Shown: piece by piece, positions 1-43,207 of the stretch
How the letters are laid out: each line of letters opens with the position of its first letter
Numbering within the stretch: position 1 is the stretch's first letter
Assembly: GCA_012295275.1 (NCBI GenBank)
Contig: CM022676.1
Coordinates: 5,084,001 to 5,148,000, forward strand
From: Chrysomallon squamiferum
Lineage: Eukaryota > Animalia > Mollusca
Direction: 5' to 3'
DNA length: 64,000 nt
Translations under genes and position numbers: made by a program
The notes under the pieces: generated by a model
Databases searched by the model: none
What the model saw: only the letters and a program-made list of their open reading frames with translations
Told to the model about the DNA's origin: nothing

Positions 1-261
1 TAATAATAATAATGATATAATAATAAATGATAATAATGATTATAGCAACAATAATAATGATGATGGTGGTTTAATGATAATAATAATAATGATATAATAA
101 TAAATGATAATAATGATTACAGTAACAATAATAATGATGATGTTGATGTAATGATGATAATAATAATGATAATGATGATGAAAAATAATAAAATAAAAAT
201 AATAAAACAACAACAATCAAACAATAATAAAAATTAAACAAAAACAAACAAACAATCGTAC

Positions 262-29638
<29,377 letters not shown>

Positions 29639-29651
29639 TTTGAAACTCTTT

Positions 29652-29666
29652 GTCGTCAAGGGATAC
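29652..29666. promoter_or_regulatory. Possible RFX X-box just upstream of the CFAP44 ATG
   Basis: GTCGTC-AAG-GGATAC resembles a degenerate X-box with a 3-nt spacer, next to CGGAAG, in a CpG-containing patch. Ciliary genes are typical RFX targets. Confidence 0.35.
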
Positions 29667-30068
29667 GGAAGCCTAATGTAAACGATAGGTTTCGTTTAGT
29701 CTCGATACCTTTCGGCATCGTTCGGATATTTCAGGGTTACGTTTTATTCGTTTTTTCTCTATTATTATGTTATTGCTTTTTTAAAATATACTTTTTTCTT
29801 TCTTTCTTTTTTTATTTATAAAAACATTATCAGCATATAATATGTACGTGTTTAGTCTCTTAGCTTGTAAATGTTATATAAACATTATTTTATTTATTTT
29901 ATTTTATTTTATTTTATTTTATTTTATTTATTTATTTATCCATTTAAATAATGGGAACAAAATTTTTTTTTTTTTTTTTTCCTTTTACTTTTCTTATTAG
30001 GACACTATTTTTGTGATTAAATTCGATTAGTATAATTTAACAATTCAAAATATCAACAAGAAACAACC

Positions 30069-30119
<51 letters not shown>

Positions 30120-31940
30120 TGATGATGATGATATTGATTATGAAGATGATGAAAAGTAAATGATCGCCAAATACTTTCACTTATATGAACGTACGTTTAT
30201 CAATAATGTAAGCTACTATTAAATAATTCATATATCGACATATTAATTAGACGTGTAATTGAAATATATATGGTTATAGTTCGACTTGAAATTGCATACT
30301 TAAAATAAGAAAACTAATTATTAATGATAAAAATGGACAGAGCATTCAGCGTTTATTTCTTATATGAATTAAAGACTTATTTCAAAAAACTATATTAACT
30401 ATAATAAATAATAATTACCGCATAAAAGTTTTCACAGAGATAATGTAAAAAAAAAACAACAACAAAAAAAAAACCAACATGGTTTATGTATGAGAAGGCA
30501 TAACAATGTTATTTAAATGTGATGTAAAAGAAATATGCAGGTATTTCGATATCTTGTTTCACTAAATTAATACTAATTAATTATTTCATAAATTTGTTTT
30601 AATACATTAATATTTACAATCTTTTTATATTTAAAAAAAAAGATCATATTCTTTAAAATTCATTTTACGACATTTTAATATCATATTCTGTTATTGTATT
30701 GTTTTATAAAAATACCCTTTATTTGATTCATTAATTTATTTATATATTTATTTATATTGCACAAGCATTTGACTTAAGTCAGTTGGACAACAGCGTACGC
30801 AGAACCTGTTAATCAAACGCGACCTTATTTAATAGTAAAGTTACCTCCCTTAGGGAAATGGATGTCAAAGTATTGGAAATGAAACTTTGAGAACTTTGAT
30901 CGAGCTTTATTATATTTACATACTTACTGCCGGGATATATGATTCAGGTATTAAATTTGGTTTTAAAAGTACTTTGAATGTATATTATGACTGCTCGAAA
31001 ATCATGTTCTTTTTAATGACCGTTTCACCATGTTTAGACCCCGATAGGTTGTACAGTTTAAAGATTATACGATTAGATAATACTAATACTATTACTAGTA
31101 ATAGATTTGTTGGTTTTGTTTTCAGCGAGATGTCTTATTGAATTAAAATACCTGTTCAGATGAGATAAAAGATTACATGATGCGTATTGAAGATATAACC
31201 ATAATAATGTCAAACGGTGTTTGTAAATTATCTAAAACCGTGGATAGCATTTTAATAAATATAATAAATTTAATAATTTTAATAAAGCACGAAATCGGAA
31301 ATGTCAGCGCTCTTCGTCTCATATGGTTATATAACATAAGTAATATTTCCTAGTAAAATTTGAAAAAATCTTTATTTCCCTTTGTTTCTAACGTAATCAA
31401 TAATGTGACTCGACTTTCTAAATGTAATAATTAATATTAACACAAACCCTAAATTTTGTATCAACACTAACGAAATCTAAGCCTGATATTTTACGGGACT
31501 GTTTGTTTCAGTGAATTAGATAATAATATTCTTAGATGATTTTTTCAAGATAAATTATTACCACTTTTTAAAAGTGTTTTCTTCATCTTAAAAAACTAAA
31601 CTAAATTAAAGTATATTTATGAATATAAAAAATAAAAATAATAAGATAATGTACTAAACAAGATATGTTGTTATTAATAGAAAATGCTCATATCATTAAC
31701 AAAATATGTTGATATTTAAAAATTGTGTTAACAGATAAAAACAACAAAAAAAAAAGCTCACAATTTCATATTAACAGTGTCATTTATATCTGTATAAAAC
31801 AATTAACAACAAAATTATCCTTTATGTCTTTATCCCTTCAGAAATCCCTCTCTCAGTAAAATGGATGACATGGATATTATGAGGCAACGTTGGTTTTGTC
31901 AAATAATGAAATAGTACAAAACTTGAACTGAAAAGGAGCC

Positions 31941-34900
31941 ATGGCTGATACTCATCCGACAGTAAGATCAGGAGAAAAAGAGGCTGTGCAAGATACAAAT
32001 ATGCATGGAGATGATACACAACAGGCTAAAATACAAACCAGTGAAAAAAATAATTCCAAAGAAAAAACAACCTATCAGAGACTGCAGCATTTTGAGCAGA
32101 CTGTGGTACATAGAGAAGCCAGCCATTCTGGTCAAAGTGATGGTCAAGGAGGAGGTGGTATTGCTGCTTCAGCACCAACCAATACCAGCTCAGCTCTGGT
32201 GCCAGCTGCTGAAGTACTAGCAGTCAATCCATCTGAAAGAACATCAGCAGCAGTAATATCTGAAAAGTACAGTTATCATGTTCAGCACAATGGTTGTCCA
32301 GGAACAATTGCAACTTCTCAACAGTTGGTTGGCTCAGCTGGAAGAGAACCAAATAGAGATACAATAAAACAGATACCAAAATATATTCAGGGAAGCAAGC
32401 ATCAAATGAAGGTAGGAGACATTCCTCCATTTCAAGGACCAGAAATGTCCAAATCTGTCCCTTCTGCGGGAATTCTGTATGACTCAACAAGAAACAGTTT
32501 TGAAAGACAAACACCTAGAGTTATTTCCAGTATGGATGTACTATACACAGCAGCTACAGCATCAGGGTTAGGATCAGCAATGCCAAACATTGTTCCAGGA
32601 ATGGACATGCTGTATAAACGATCGAGGGAGATGATGCAAGCCCGTAGTGTTTCCACATCATCTGTACCTAATAACACAGCAGAAGTTGTTATGGGTGACA
32701 TGTTGCCTTCTCACCAGTCTGTGTCAATTCCTAAAACTGTTGTGACATCTGCTGCAGAATATGGAGTATCAGAAACGTCGGTGCATAGAAAGATTGATAA
32801 TAATGTTTATGAAAAGTATAAAAATGTCACTGCATCAGTGAGTTCTGGATTGGAACCATCTACAAGTAGAAATATTCCCAATTCAGAAAATCATAGCTCA
32901 GTCTCCAGCTCTAACTATTATATACCACAGACATCTCTGTGCTCTGAAGGTAGCACAGTAACTGTTAGAAGAGACGGGAAACAGATGACTGATATGGGAC
33001 CACCTAATTTGCACATGGGTTATTACAACACCACGCATGCTGGAGGTGTTTCAGGAGAACACCAGCAACATCCTGAAGGCACAGCTCACAACACAAGCAA
33101 AGATTATAACAGAATTTCAGAATCATTATCAGGTATGAATATGATTTCTTTTATGGCTGCTTATGATGGTTATCGAAAGGTTGGTATCAGTGAAAATCAG
33201 ACTCAAGCATTTTCTGAATATCATAGAGTTGATGATGGTAATAGTCAATCACAGAAGATTGTTTCAGCTAGTGAGATGGGACCAGAACCATTCAGTTACA
33301 ATATGCAACATGAAAAAGTGTCCAGTAGCAACATGATGCACATTCCTGAAGTCCACTCAGGGTTTTCTTATTATGAAAACGGACAGATGGGTTTATCTCA
33401 TCAGCTTCAAGGATTCACACAAAGAGAATCCAGCCAGAATTCTTTCTATCCCAAACTTTTAAATCATGACCATTCAGTGATGTATGCCAGACACGAAGTT
33501 CCTAAGGGTCAAACCCAAATGTACCAAGATCTTCTACAAGGAAATCCCATTGCTTATTTTCATTCCTCAGGTAAAGCTAACTTGCCTTCAATTTTCCCTC
33601 CTGGACTGGCCTTTGGTTTTCAACAAGGTAATCAGTTAAGTGTTGCACCTTGTCCACCACAGGTATCCAACAAAAAGGACAATTTTCCTGTTTCTGACGA
33701 AGCAGTTGTCTCAAATTCTGCTACAGATGTGCAAACAAGTACTTCAAGTGTTGTTGACGTGAGTGGTGATGTTGGTGAAGGTAATGTTGTTAATGATTCA
33801 ATAGCTACTTCAAAATCAGAAAGACAAATGAATGTATCAGAGTCTGCCACTGTTTATAGTGTTTCATCACACACGCTGCAGTCAGATCAGCATATTGATA
33901 CGTTTTCCATTGACCAGCAACAGCCTGAGCAGCTGAACTCTTCCAGCGAACCTTATTTCCAACCCTCTTGCTATGCAGATTATTCATTACAGACTCCACC
34001 AAAGGACCTAAATTCACATAATTCCAATTCCAAATCAGATATGTCTGACATAAAAATGAAAATCAGTGCAATTTTGGAAAGTAAAAGTTTACAGTTTGAT
34101 GATATTCCTCAACAAAAATCACAATCTGAGACAGATTTAAATAAAGGTGGGAGCAGTTGTAATTCAGATAGCAACATGTTACCTTTTACTGCTGTAGCTG
34201 TTGTTGATAATGTTCAACCAGAAAATGAAGGCGCTGATACTGTAATGTTAAAACAAATAGAAACAGTATCCAGCGAGTCAGCAGTATCAGGTGTTTCTAA
34301 TGAAGGATTTAAAGTCACACCGGACAAATTAGTTACGCAATCAACAGGTCCATCAAAGAATGTTAACAAAACGAATAAGAAGAGCATTTCAGCTCAGCAA
34401 GGCGCTGAAAATTCCAGAAAGAATAAAACGAAGAAAGTGAAACATTCTGAAGATGTTTCACTGAAATCTGCCAAAGAGTCCGCCGTTTCAAATAAAGAAA
34501 ACAACGTAGCAGTAATATCCTGCGAAAAGAAAGCGACGAACAACACCTCTCACACTAATGATGACAACGTTCTCAAAGAGAATCTTAAAGTTCCTCAGTA
34601 TAAGTGTGACATTTGCCAAAAAGAGTTTTCTCATCTCTGCAGTTTTCAGCGTCATGTTCGTTTTCACAGCGGAAAACCACTGTTCGCTTGCGACATTTGT
34701 GGACAAGGCTTCGACGATCTCTTTGCCTTTGTTGACCACATTACAGAAGTGGAGTCGGACAAATTAAAGCAGCTGAAAACAGTGCCAGAATTATTCGAGT
34801 CCAAGATTATACCTCAGTCGGTAGCAAAGTCAGAAGTTACGAAGTGTAAAAAAAGGTTGAGGAAAAGGTTATTCAGACGGTCTAAACGTCTAAAGAAAAG

Positions 34901-36113
34901 TAATAGCTCTACTGTTGTCAAAGAGTCTGGGAAAAAAAAGAATGTGAAAAAGTGACTGGCGATGGAGATTCCAGTGCTGATGAAAACGAAGGATGTGGCT
35001 GAGACTGAAGATGATGACGATGTTAAAGTTGAAAACAACGGAGATGTTCGGACGAAGAATTTCAAGTGTAACGAATGCGGGATGCAGTTTAACTATGCGC
35101 GGTATCTCAGTGCGCATCTTTTGACCCATTCAGATCAAAAAAGCTTCCAGTGTGAAATATGTTCCAAGGAATTCTCTCATGGCCATTCGTTAAATCGCCA
35201 CAGGAAAAAGGTTCATCCCAAAGCCGCTATCCATGCGTGTAACATATGTGGCGAAGGGTTCAGCCGATTTTCAGATCTGAAGGAACACTCTAAGTGTCAT
35301 CTGGCAGACAGCTCGTTAAAGTGTAAAATGTGTGACCAGGACTTCTCCTGCCAGCGTGACCTGCAGCTTCACGTGTCATCTCACACAGGAGGGAAAGCAT
35401 TTCAGTGTGATCTCTGCTGGAAACAGTTCACACAGTACTGCACGCTCCTCAGACACAAACGACGGTTTGACCATTCAGGGGGTCCCCCGTACAAATGCAA
35501 ATGGTGTGGGGAGGGGTTTTACGAAATGGGCAAGCTTCTGTCGCATAGCAGAAAACATATGGGTTCCGGACCTCACAAGTGCGACGTCTGCGGAAAAGGA
35601 TTTGCAACCACTAATAACCTGAAGGTTCACAAGAGTAGCGTCCACAGTTCTGAGAAGCCATTTTGTTGTGATTTGTGTGGTGACCAGTTTACGAGGGTCT
35701 CCTATCTCCGACAGCATATAAAAACGCACACAGGAGATAGACCGTACGTGTGTGAACTTTGTGGCAAAGGATTTGGAATGCAAGATACTTTATCTAAGCA
35801 CATGCGTACTCACACAGGAGAAAAACCTTATTCTTGTGATCACTGTGGAAAACAGTTCAGCCTAACGGCGACTCTGACTGTTCATAAAAGGACACACACT
35901 GGGGAACGTCCGTACGTCTGTGAGGTGTGCGGGAAAGGCTTCATTGACAATTCTAGTTGGAACAAACATATAAAACATCACCACAAGTCGACCGGAGAGA
36001 GAGCGATAAACCAAACAGTTAACAGTGCAAATGAAACAAGAGAGAATAATGCAAATAATTATAAAACGTTTTGCGAAACTGGAGCTGCCGTAACAGGAAC
36101 GTTTTATGCTTAA
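31941..36113 (+). CDS. C2H2 (Kruppel-type) zinc-finger protein; single coding exon interrupted by an in-frame TGA at 34953-34955
   Basis: ORF 31941-34955 (GCCATGG start; long disordered region, two fingers near its end, one degenerate) and ORF 34962-36113 (11 C2H2 fingers with TGDRPY/TGEKPY/TGERPY linkers) are in the same frame, 6 nt apart. Upstream acceptor tcccttcag at 31841 and candidate 5'UTR donor CAG|GTATT near 30947. Confidence 0.88.
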
Positions 36114-36207
36114 TTCAGACCTATTAATTTGTGTTCTTCGTCATCGTCGACATCATCTTTCTTCTTTCCTGAACTACTACTACTTCTTCTTCTTCTTCTT
36201 CTTCTTC

Positions 36208-36257
<50 letters not shown>

Positions 36258-36895
36258 TAAGGAATTCGATATCAGTTACCAAATATAACAAACTGAGAAT
36301 TTTTTAATATACCCACGGAACAAAAAAAGAAATTATACCAAGCGGGAATTTTTATTTTGCTAAACAAAACTTTGAAACATTTAAAAAATGTTTTAATTTC
36401 ACATAGATAATCCATCTGAGTACTTGAAAATGAAATTAGAAATATTTCTTTATTTCCAAAATAAAAAATATATTCCAGATGTTTTATTATTTTATTTTAT
36501 AAATATCGAAATTATAGTTTGGTGTAATTTCTTTAGTTCTTTATATTAATGGACACGTACAGTTTTATTTATTTGTTTTATTTATAAAGTAAGATCTATT
36601 TATTTATTCTATATACATTTTATTTATAATTGTTTTGTTGTTGTTGTTGTTGTTGTTTTTTTGGATTTTTTAAATCGACAGTCCTTGTAAGTGTATGTGT
36701 CGGTACGCCTTCTAAACAAATTTATTAAAGAACATGAAAAGTATGATGTCGCATATGTATTAAATTACTTTTATTTTGCAAATATGGACCATGTGTTCTG
36801 TACAGCTGGTTTTAATCAATCGAACTGCGAATCATTTACCATAATTTTGTGAATGTATTTAACCGACCGGCCATACAAAGAATATTCTAATGAAA

Positions 36896-36944
<49 letters not shown>

Positions 36945-39224
36945 GTAAATAATGCAAGGTTTCGGACAAAAAGTAAATGACCACAAAAATGAACGGCGTG
37001 CTTTGTTGGAAGCGATCAAAAATAAAGTTTATAGGTTTTTCTTTAAACTTACTTGTTATTTTATTATATATATTTATATAAAAATATATATATATATATA
37101 TATGTCCCTTTCTCTTCCTATTGTATCGTATTTTGTAAATCAAAAGTCTAGTAGACATTATTTAGGAGCCTTTTATCTGGTTTTATTATTATTATTTTAT
37201 GGATGGTTTTTATGTCTTTGACTGTTGATTTTAAGTCTGTCTCTTTGCTGTGCACGTGTCCATTGAAAAATTCATTTTATCCGATTTTTATCGTTTTGAA
37301 AATAAAAACCAGCATCATTTTGCATGTATATATAATTTATATCTTGCTTTTTTATTTCTTTATTATTTAATTTTGTTGTTTTTGGTGTCTCTCTGTGTGT
37401 ATGTGTATGCGTTCAGTGTATATCGTACACATTCTTCAGATTTCTGATATATTTAGTATTTTTTGTCTCTGAATATTTTTTTTGTTGGCAATAAAACGAA
37501 AATTCCGTCCGAAAGGACGAGTGCTGTCCCATTCTTTCTTTCCTTCTTTCTATCTTTTTTATTTTTTTTTTTTTTTTTTTTAAATAATTGTATTTAAAAT
37601 ACATTTACTACATTAATTAGTCTTCCAAGAAATTAATTTGTGTGTGTGTGTGTGTGTGTGTGTTTAATATATATATATATATATATATATATGTTTATAT
37701 ATATAAATATATGATTTATTTAAATGATTGTTATAAGCTTTATATTTGGTAAGAATTTTTTTTATTTACCCACTCTCACGTGGGGCATCATGTTTGTATG
37801 TTTATATACAATTATATGTAAATGAAAATAGATTATTCAAAATAATATGCAGATCATACAAAAGTGTACTTGAAAACGGTGTTTGTTATTTATTTATGCA
37901 GTGGACTGCAGCTGTTTCCTTTATATAAATACTACGAACTTGTTAACTTATAAAGTCTTTTCTTCAGAATTACAGATATTAAAAGACTGAATTACAAACC
38001 GTATCCATCAAATATTTGTTTTATATGCTAATGTATATGTGTGCGCGGATAGGCGACCTTGTTTATTAACAGAAGTGCAACTGATAGCTAAGTCAATCTA
38101 GTATAAAGAATAAAAACAAAACAAATATTGATTATATGATTTTATTGTAATACAACGCTAACATTTTTTATTTATTTTAAAATTAATCAAGTTATTTTTT
38201 ATTTTTTTATTTTTTTTATTTTATTTTTATTTTATTTTTATTTTTTTTGCATTGTGCATTTTCGTACAATGTTATTAAAAAAATATTACCAAAATTAATA
38301 ACTTCTTACATTTTTAAACAATTACATTTAAATTTGAGTTCTTTTTTAAATTTCATCCGTTAGTACATGTTCCTTAAAAATTCCTTCCAAATTCGTTAAA
38401 ATAATGTGTTGTATTTGGTATGCCTCCAGTAATAAATAAAATATGCTGGTTTTTTAAATATAAAAATCACTTCAAACTAATAAAACAAACATTTTTACAT
38501 CCTGATTTTCCGTTATTGTCTACAACCATAATGGTAATTAAATGCAACTGCAGTGAAATTGATTTTTTGTATTTGTAACATAAATTAAAATAAAATGTAA
38601 AACTTAATTTGATCAATAAAAACACGTATGCTCTTAAAAATGGATATATACATTCTGCGTAAATAAAATATTTATTTTGTGAATCGATTATGGAAATCTA
38701 TTTTTTATTATTATTATTTGTATGTGAGGGTGTGTTGGAGCACAAGCGTGTATGAAAATATGTAGGTATATTGGCATGTATGAATATTTTAGGATAAAAT
38801 GTGGTTAATTTGTTGTTGTTTTTGTTGGGTTGTTTTTAAAACAATTAATTAAGAAATTTATTTATTTAATACCATCCGGCTTTTCTGATTTGTCATTCGT
38901 CCCGTAAATTCCTTTGGCCTGAATATAATGTTTTGATATTATGATTGTAATGAAAAAATAAAAAAAAAAAAAACTATCATTACACTCGACCCTCCATTTA
39001 ACGGACTAAAAGTTTGTCCGAAAAACCAAAAACCCGAATTTTCCGGACTTTTCCGAAGCGTTTTAAAAAAGCACATATATTTAACATTGTCAGTGTGAAA
39101 TAACAAACAGAACATGGAATAATTTACATTACTAAATTAACATTTAAATTCGCAGTTTTGAATTTATCCTGATTGAATTTGTTTTGCTCATAATCGATTG
39201 CATAGTGGCGCCATTATCAATACA

Positions 39225-39255
<31 letters not shown>

Positions 39256-39267
39256 AATGTTATATAT

Positions 39268-39871
39268 TTAGAGAATTCTAAGATAAAACAAGAGGAAGCA
39301 CAGCATGAATGCATAGGTGGCATGTGTAAGCAGAGATACTTGCCTGCTTTCAAACTCCCGGACGGGCCCTAATTTCGACAGTTTCCAGAATATTTGCATA
39401 TTTCTTAAGTTCCATCCGAATTTTCCAAAGACAGGAATATAGACATCAGTTAAATGCTGGATCGAGTATACCATCAACGTAATTTCGTAAAAGAAACTGT
39501 ATAATATTTGAGTATTTTTTAAAATAATATCACAAAAACTTAAGTACATAAACAAAATCACATGGCGGGAGATTATCAAGACATGAGTATTTGGTCTGAA
39601 AATAATATAAAAAAATTAAAAATATATTGCAGCTAGTCCACGTTATTCGGCAGTTATTGATGAGTCATGGAAACGGCAGATATCCTATCTTGTGTTATTA
39701 GGAACTGAAATAGAAATTAATAAGATATGTAAAGATAAAAGAAATGAAAAGAATATCAATACATAAACAGCCATAATTTAAGGATATTATAAAAACACAA
39801 TATTTAATATGTATCAACTAATTAATAAATAAATAATTATATATATATATATATATATATATGTTTGTGTG

Positions 39872-39903
<32 letters not shown>

Positions 39904-40284
39904 GAAACCACGCACACACACTTACAAAGACATACATACATATGTATATGTACATAAATCACTGCACACACACACACACAAAAACACACACACACGGCAT
40001 AGGCATCATGAAATTTAAATAACTGAAATTCTACCTATTCTGGATCATGCTTGGAGTTTTTTCAGAAATGTTGAATTGAACGACCTTCTTCTACGGATGT
40101 CTTCAGCGTTGGTCTCATTGGTCATGTTACTAGTTGCAACAAATTTTAACCATTTCTTTTCTTGTTCCGTCAGTGCATTCGAGTGTTCTCTACTCATGAC
40201 AATATATATAAGATAAAGTTCACAAATCACCAAACAAATTAAAAAAATAGCGAATTTTGTCTGCGACTTTCGGCATCTTGACAT
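39268..40284 (-). CDS. Uncharacterised type II membrane-protein-like gene (truncated, frameshifted or pseudogenised)
   Basis: Acceptor ttttcag|A then ATG at 40284: MSRCRKSQTK, a hydrophobic stretch (FAIFLICLVICELYLIYIVM), then a stem with N-x-T/S sites (NMT, NET, NST). TGA at 40047-40045 lies just before donor AG|GTAGAA (40035). A next exon-like block from acceptor 39596 is open for about 109 codons in phase 2. Candidate 5'UTR donor AAG|GTACGT at ~41883. Confidence 0.4.
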
Positions 40285-40766
40285 TCTGAAAAGAAATGAA
40301 GATACAAAAAAAAAGTAACAATAAGATAATAACAATAAAACAAAATCTATAAATAAATTTAGCTACTATTTTGACCGTTTACCACTCCCAAAAATAGTTC
40401 AATCTATATAATGTCTTACTCCCAAATTTGGTTCGGAATTAATTAAAAGTTTAAATTTCTAAAGCAGTGAATTGGCAACAGACGTCAATAAATAAATTCA
40501 AAGTGAACCAGAATTTTAAACATTTTAACTGAAGAACAGGAGATTGAGCAGGAAAACTGCAAAGTTACTTCTAGAGTGGCAAATTATTTTGATGGCTTTA
40601 ATTTTATTATAACTTTCAAAACAAAAACCAGTTTTCAATAGAAAGCATTCTAGTGTTAGGTCAGATAATGATACGCATTTTTAATTTTGTGAATAAAATT
40701 TAATGGTTTATCGTTACATCTTTATGCATTATAAATTATGTCACCAAAAACAAATAAGTACATATA

Positions 40767-40803
<37 letters not shown>

Positions 40804-40853
40804 GGGGGTTTTTGTTGGTTTTTTCTGTTTTGTTTCTGGTGGTTTTTTTATTT

Positions 40854-40890
<37 letters not shown>

Positions 40891-42029
40891 GGGATTTGTG
40901 TTTTTTTTTTAATCTTTATTTTAAAAATGAATATGCTATCAAGCATATATGAAACTAATTTAAAAAAAATAATTAATTAATATTAAGGACAAGAGGGAAA
41001 ATATCTTACACTGAAATAAATATATAATAATTATTATTATTATACATTTTACTTTATTTCACAATTCTTGTGTTTTGTATACATATATCAATTGTTTCAG
41101 AAATGTATACGTTATGAAAACGAAGAACTGTTTTAAAATATTCCATCTGTTTTCTCGTTTTAGACTTTCCATCAATAATGAACGATGCGGCCGTCTGTTG
41201 TCCATTATTTTATTATGTAAAGTGAGAGGTGGCACTGTATTAACATACCACAGCTTTCATTTTTTGAATTTTATGTTCACCATCATTATCATCATCATCA
41301 TCATAAGCGAAGCAGAAATTATGCACTTGCTCATAATTTTGATATTATTCTTAAATATATCGTTTATGCAAAACATACCCGCAAAATAATATATTACATG
41401 TTAACATATTACTACGATTAAGCAGAAGTAGAATAGATTTTTTAAAATAGAATTTCCTAATGAATTTCAAAATATTAAAATGATACAGTTTACATGACTG
41501 AACGAAATTTACAGTATAATTAGTTAATTTATTATACAGATATTATTTATCATTTGGAAATAATAATAATAATAATGAACCATAAATTTAAGTTTTAACA
41601 CTACTGAAAAAATCGAGCAAAGTTAATTAGCTCATTAACATGAATTATATCTAATTATATATTTTATTAATAGATAATATTTATAACTCATATAACTATG
41701 TCGGTTAATATAATCATTATATTTTGGATGATTCATGAGTAAAATAAAATGATAAAGAGTAAAAGCTAAATTCATATTTCCAGTGAATTGCGGCACGTTA
41801 CTAATTATAGACAAGTGGGTCCAATGACGCGGTTATTGCAGAAACAGCTAAATCGTGACCAGCGACTACAGTCGATTACGTACCTTCATATCGTTTCAGA
41901 TACCGTATTCCGCATCACCCAGAAAATATTTCATACAGTATTCTAGATCATGAAAACAAAACTACGTTGTCCGAAGAATCTAATGATGAAAACCTTTATC
42001 CTAAAAATATAATCAATGTGTTACACAAA

Positions 42030-42160
42030 GCGACATGTTTCTCGTCTGCTGCTTCCTAATCCGATCGATAAGACCTAGTTTGTCGTCTGCTGTAGCGTTT
42101 CTGTGACGTATTGAAAATGGCCACAGTCTAAGTCGTCCCGACTATATCGCCTGCCTCAAA
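42030..42160. promoter_or_regulatory. CpG-rich promoter-like island, possibly bidirectional
   Basis: TCGTCTGCTG twice (42042, 42083), ATCGATA (DRE-like), TGACGTA (CRE-like), AAAATGGC (YY1-like), in otherwise CpG-poor DNA, just upstream of a minus-strand donor at ~41883. Confidence 0.5.
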
Positions 42161-43169
42161 ATAGATTAGTTGAAATAATTACGATAAAACGTTTTATAAT
42201 ATTTTTGCGTATTTTATTTAATTATTTTTTTCTCGCCTTTTTATTGCATTAATCTGCTTATTATAAATGTGCTGCTACTGCATGTACTATAGATAATAAG
42301 AAGAAAGAAAGAAAGAAAAGCATTTAAAATAAGAATTTTTTAAATTAATTATTTGATTAGATTAGTGTCAAAGATATTTCAACAAAAAATTAATTTGGTT
42401 AAACTCAATAACACTAACCTGCGATGATGTCAACAACGAAAACGCGTTGTACCGAATGTTCCAAGAAGCTATTTATCTCAAATTTAGGTCACACTAGTAT
42501 CTGTGACGTAATGAAAGTGTCTAAATAATTTCTTGCTTTAAAGTCTTTATCTCTGTTGAATTAAAAACTATATAACTATCAGTATCAGTAAAACTATATG
42601 GGCAAAATCTAATAATGATGATGATGATAACATTTTCTGATGTGTGTTGTTTTTATTTATTAATTAAATAAATTACAAACTTATCGGGAATGATCAGAAC
42701 AAAATAAATATGACAAAAGTTTTATCTCAAATTTCATTTTATTCGTAATCCACGTAAATTATACATATAGTGTACATGATCAATAATTTGCATAAAATAA
42801 CATAAATTAGAATGTTCACCTTTTGTTTTTCTACAATTTTTTTTTGTTTTTTTTGTTTGCAATTATTATTATATATATTTTTTTCTATATGTATTTTGGA
42901 TTTTATTTTTGTCTGTTTCACTTTAAAAATAAATAAATAAATAATAATTCTGTGAACAATTATTAAGCATCATGTCAAAACAAACAGCACATGCATTTTT
43001 TTACTAATTGAAAAGTGTTTATGAATTTTGATAATTTCATCTGTACTTAACAAAATAAATGAAAAAATGTTTAAAAACAAAAACATCAATCAGAATATGA
43101 ATTTTTATATTTATCTGTCAAAATAAATTTTTTCACCAACATCACATTTTTATGCAAACTATGGCATTA

Positions 43170-43207
<38 letters not shown>

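Noticed and set aside
39344-39595. Minus-strand frame with three in-frame TGA codons, suggesting a selenoprotein
   Set aside because: An overlapping frame is fully open and the TGAs arise from xxT-GAx codon pairs in it. No known selenoprotein motif and no SECIS-like hairpin seen downstream.
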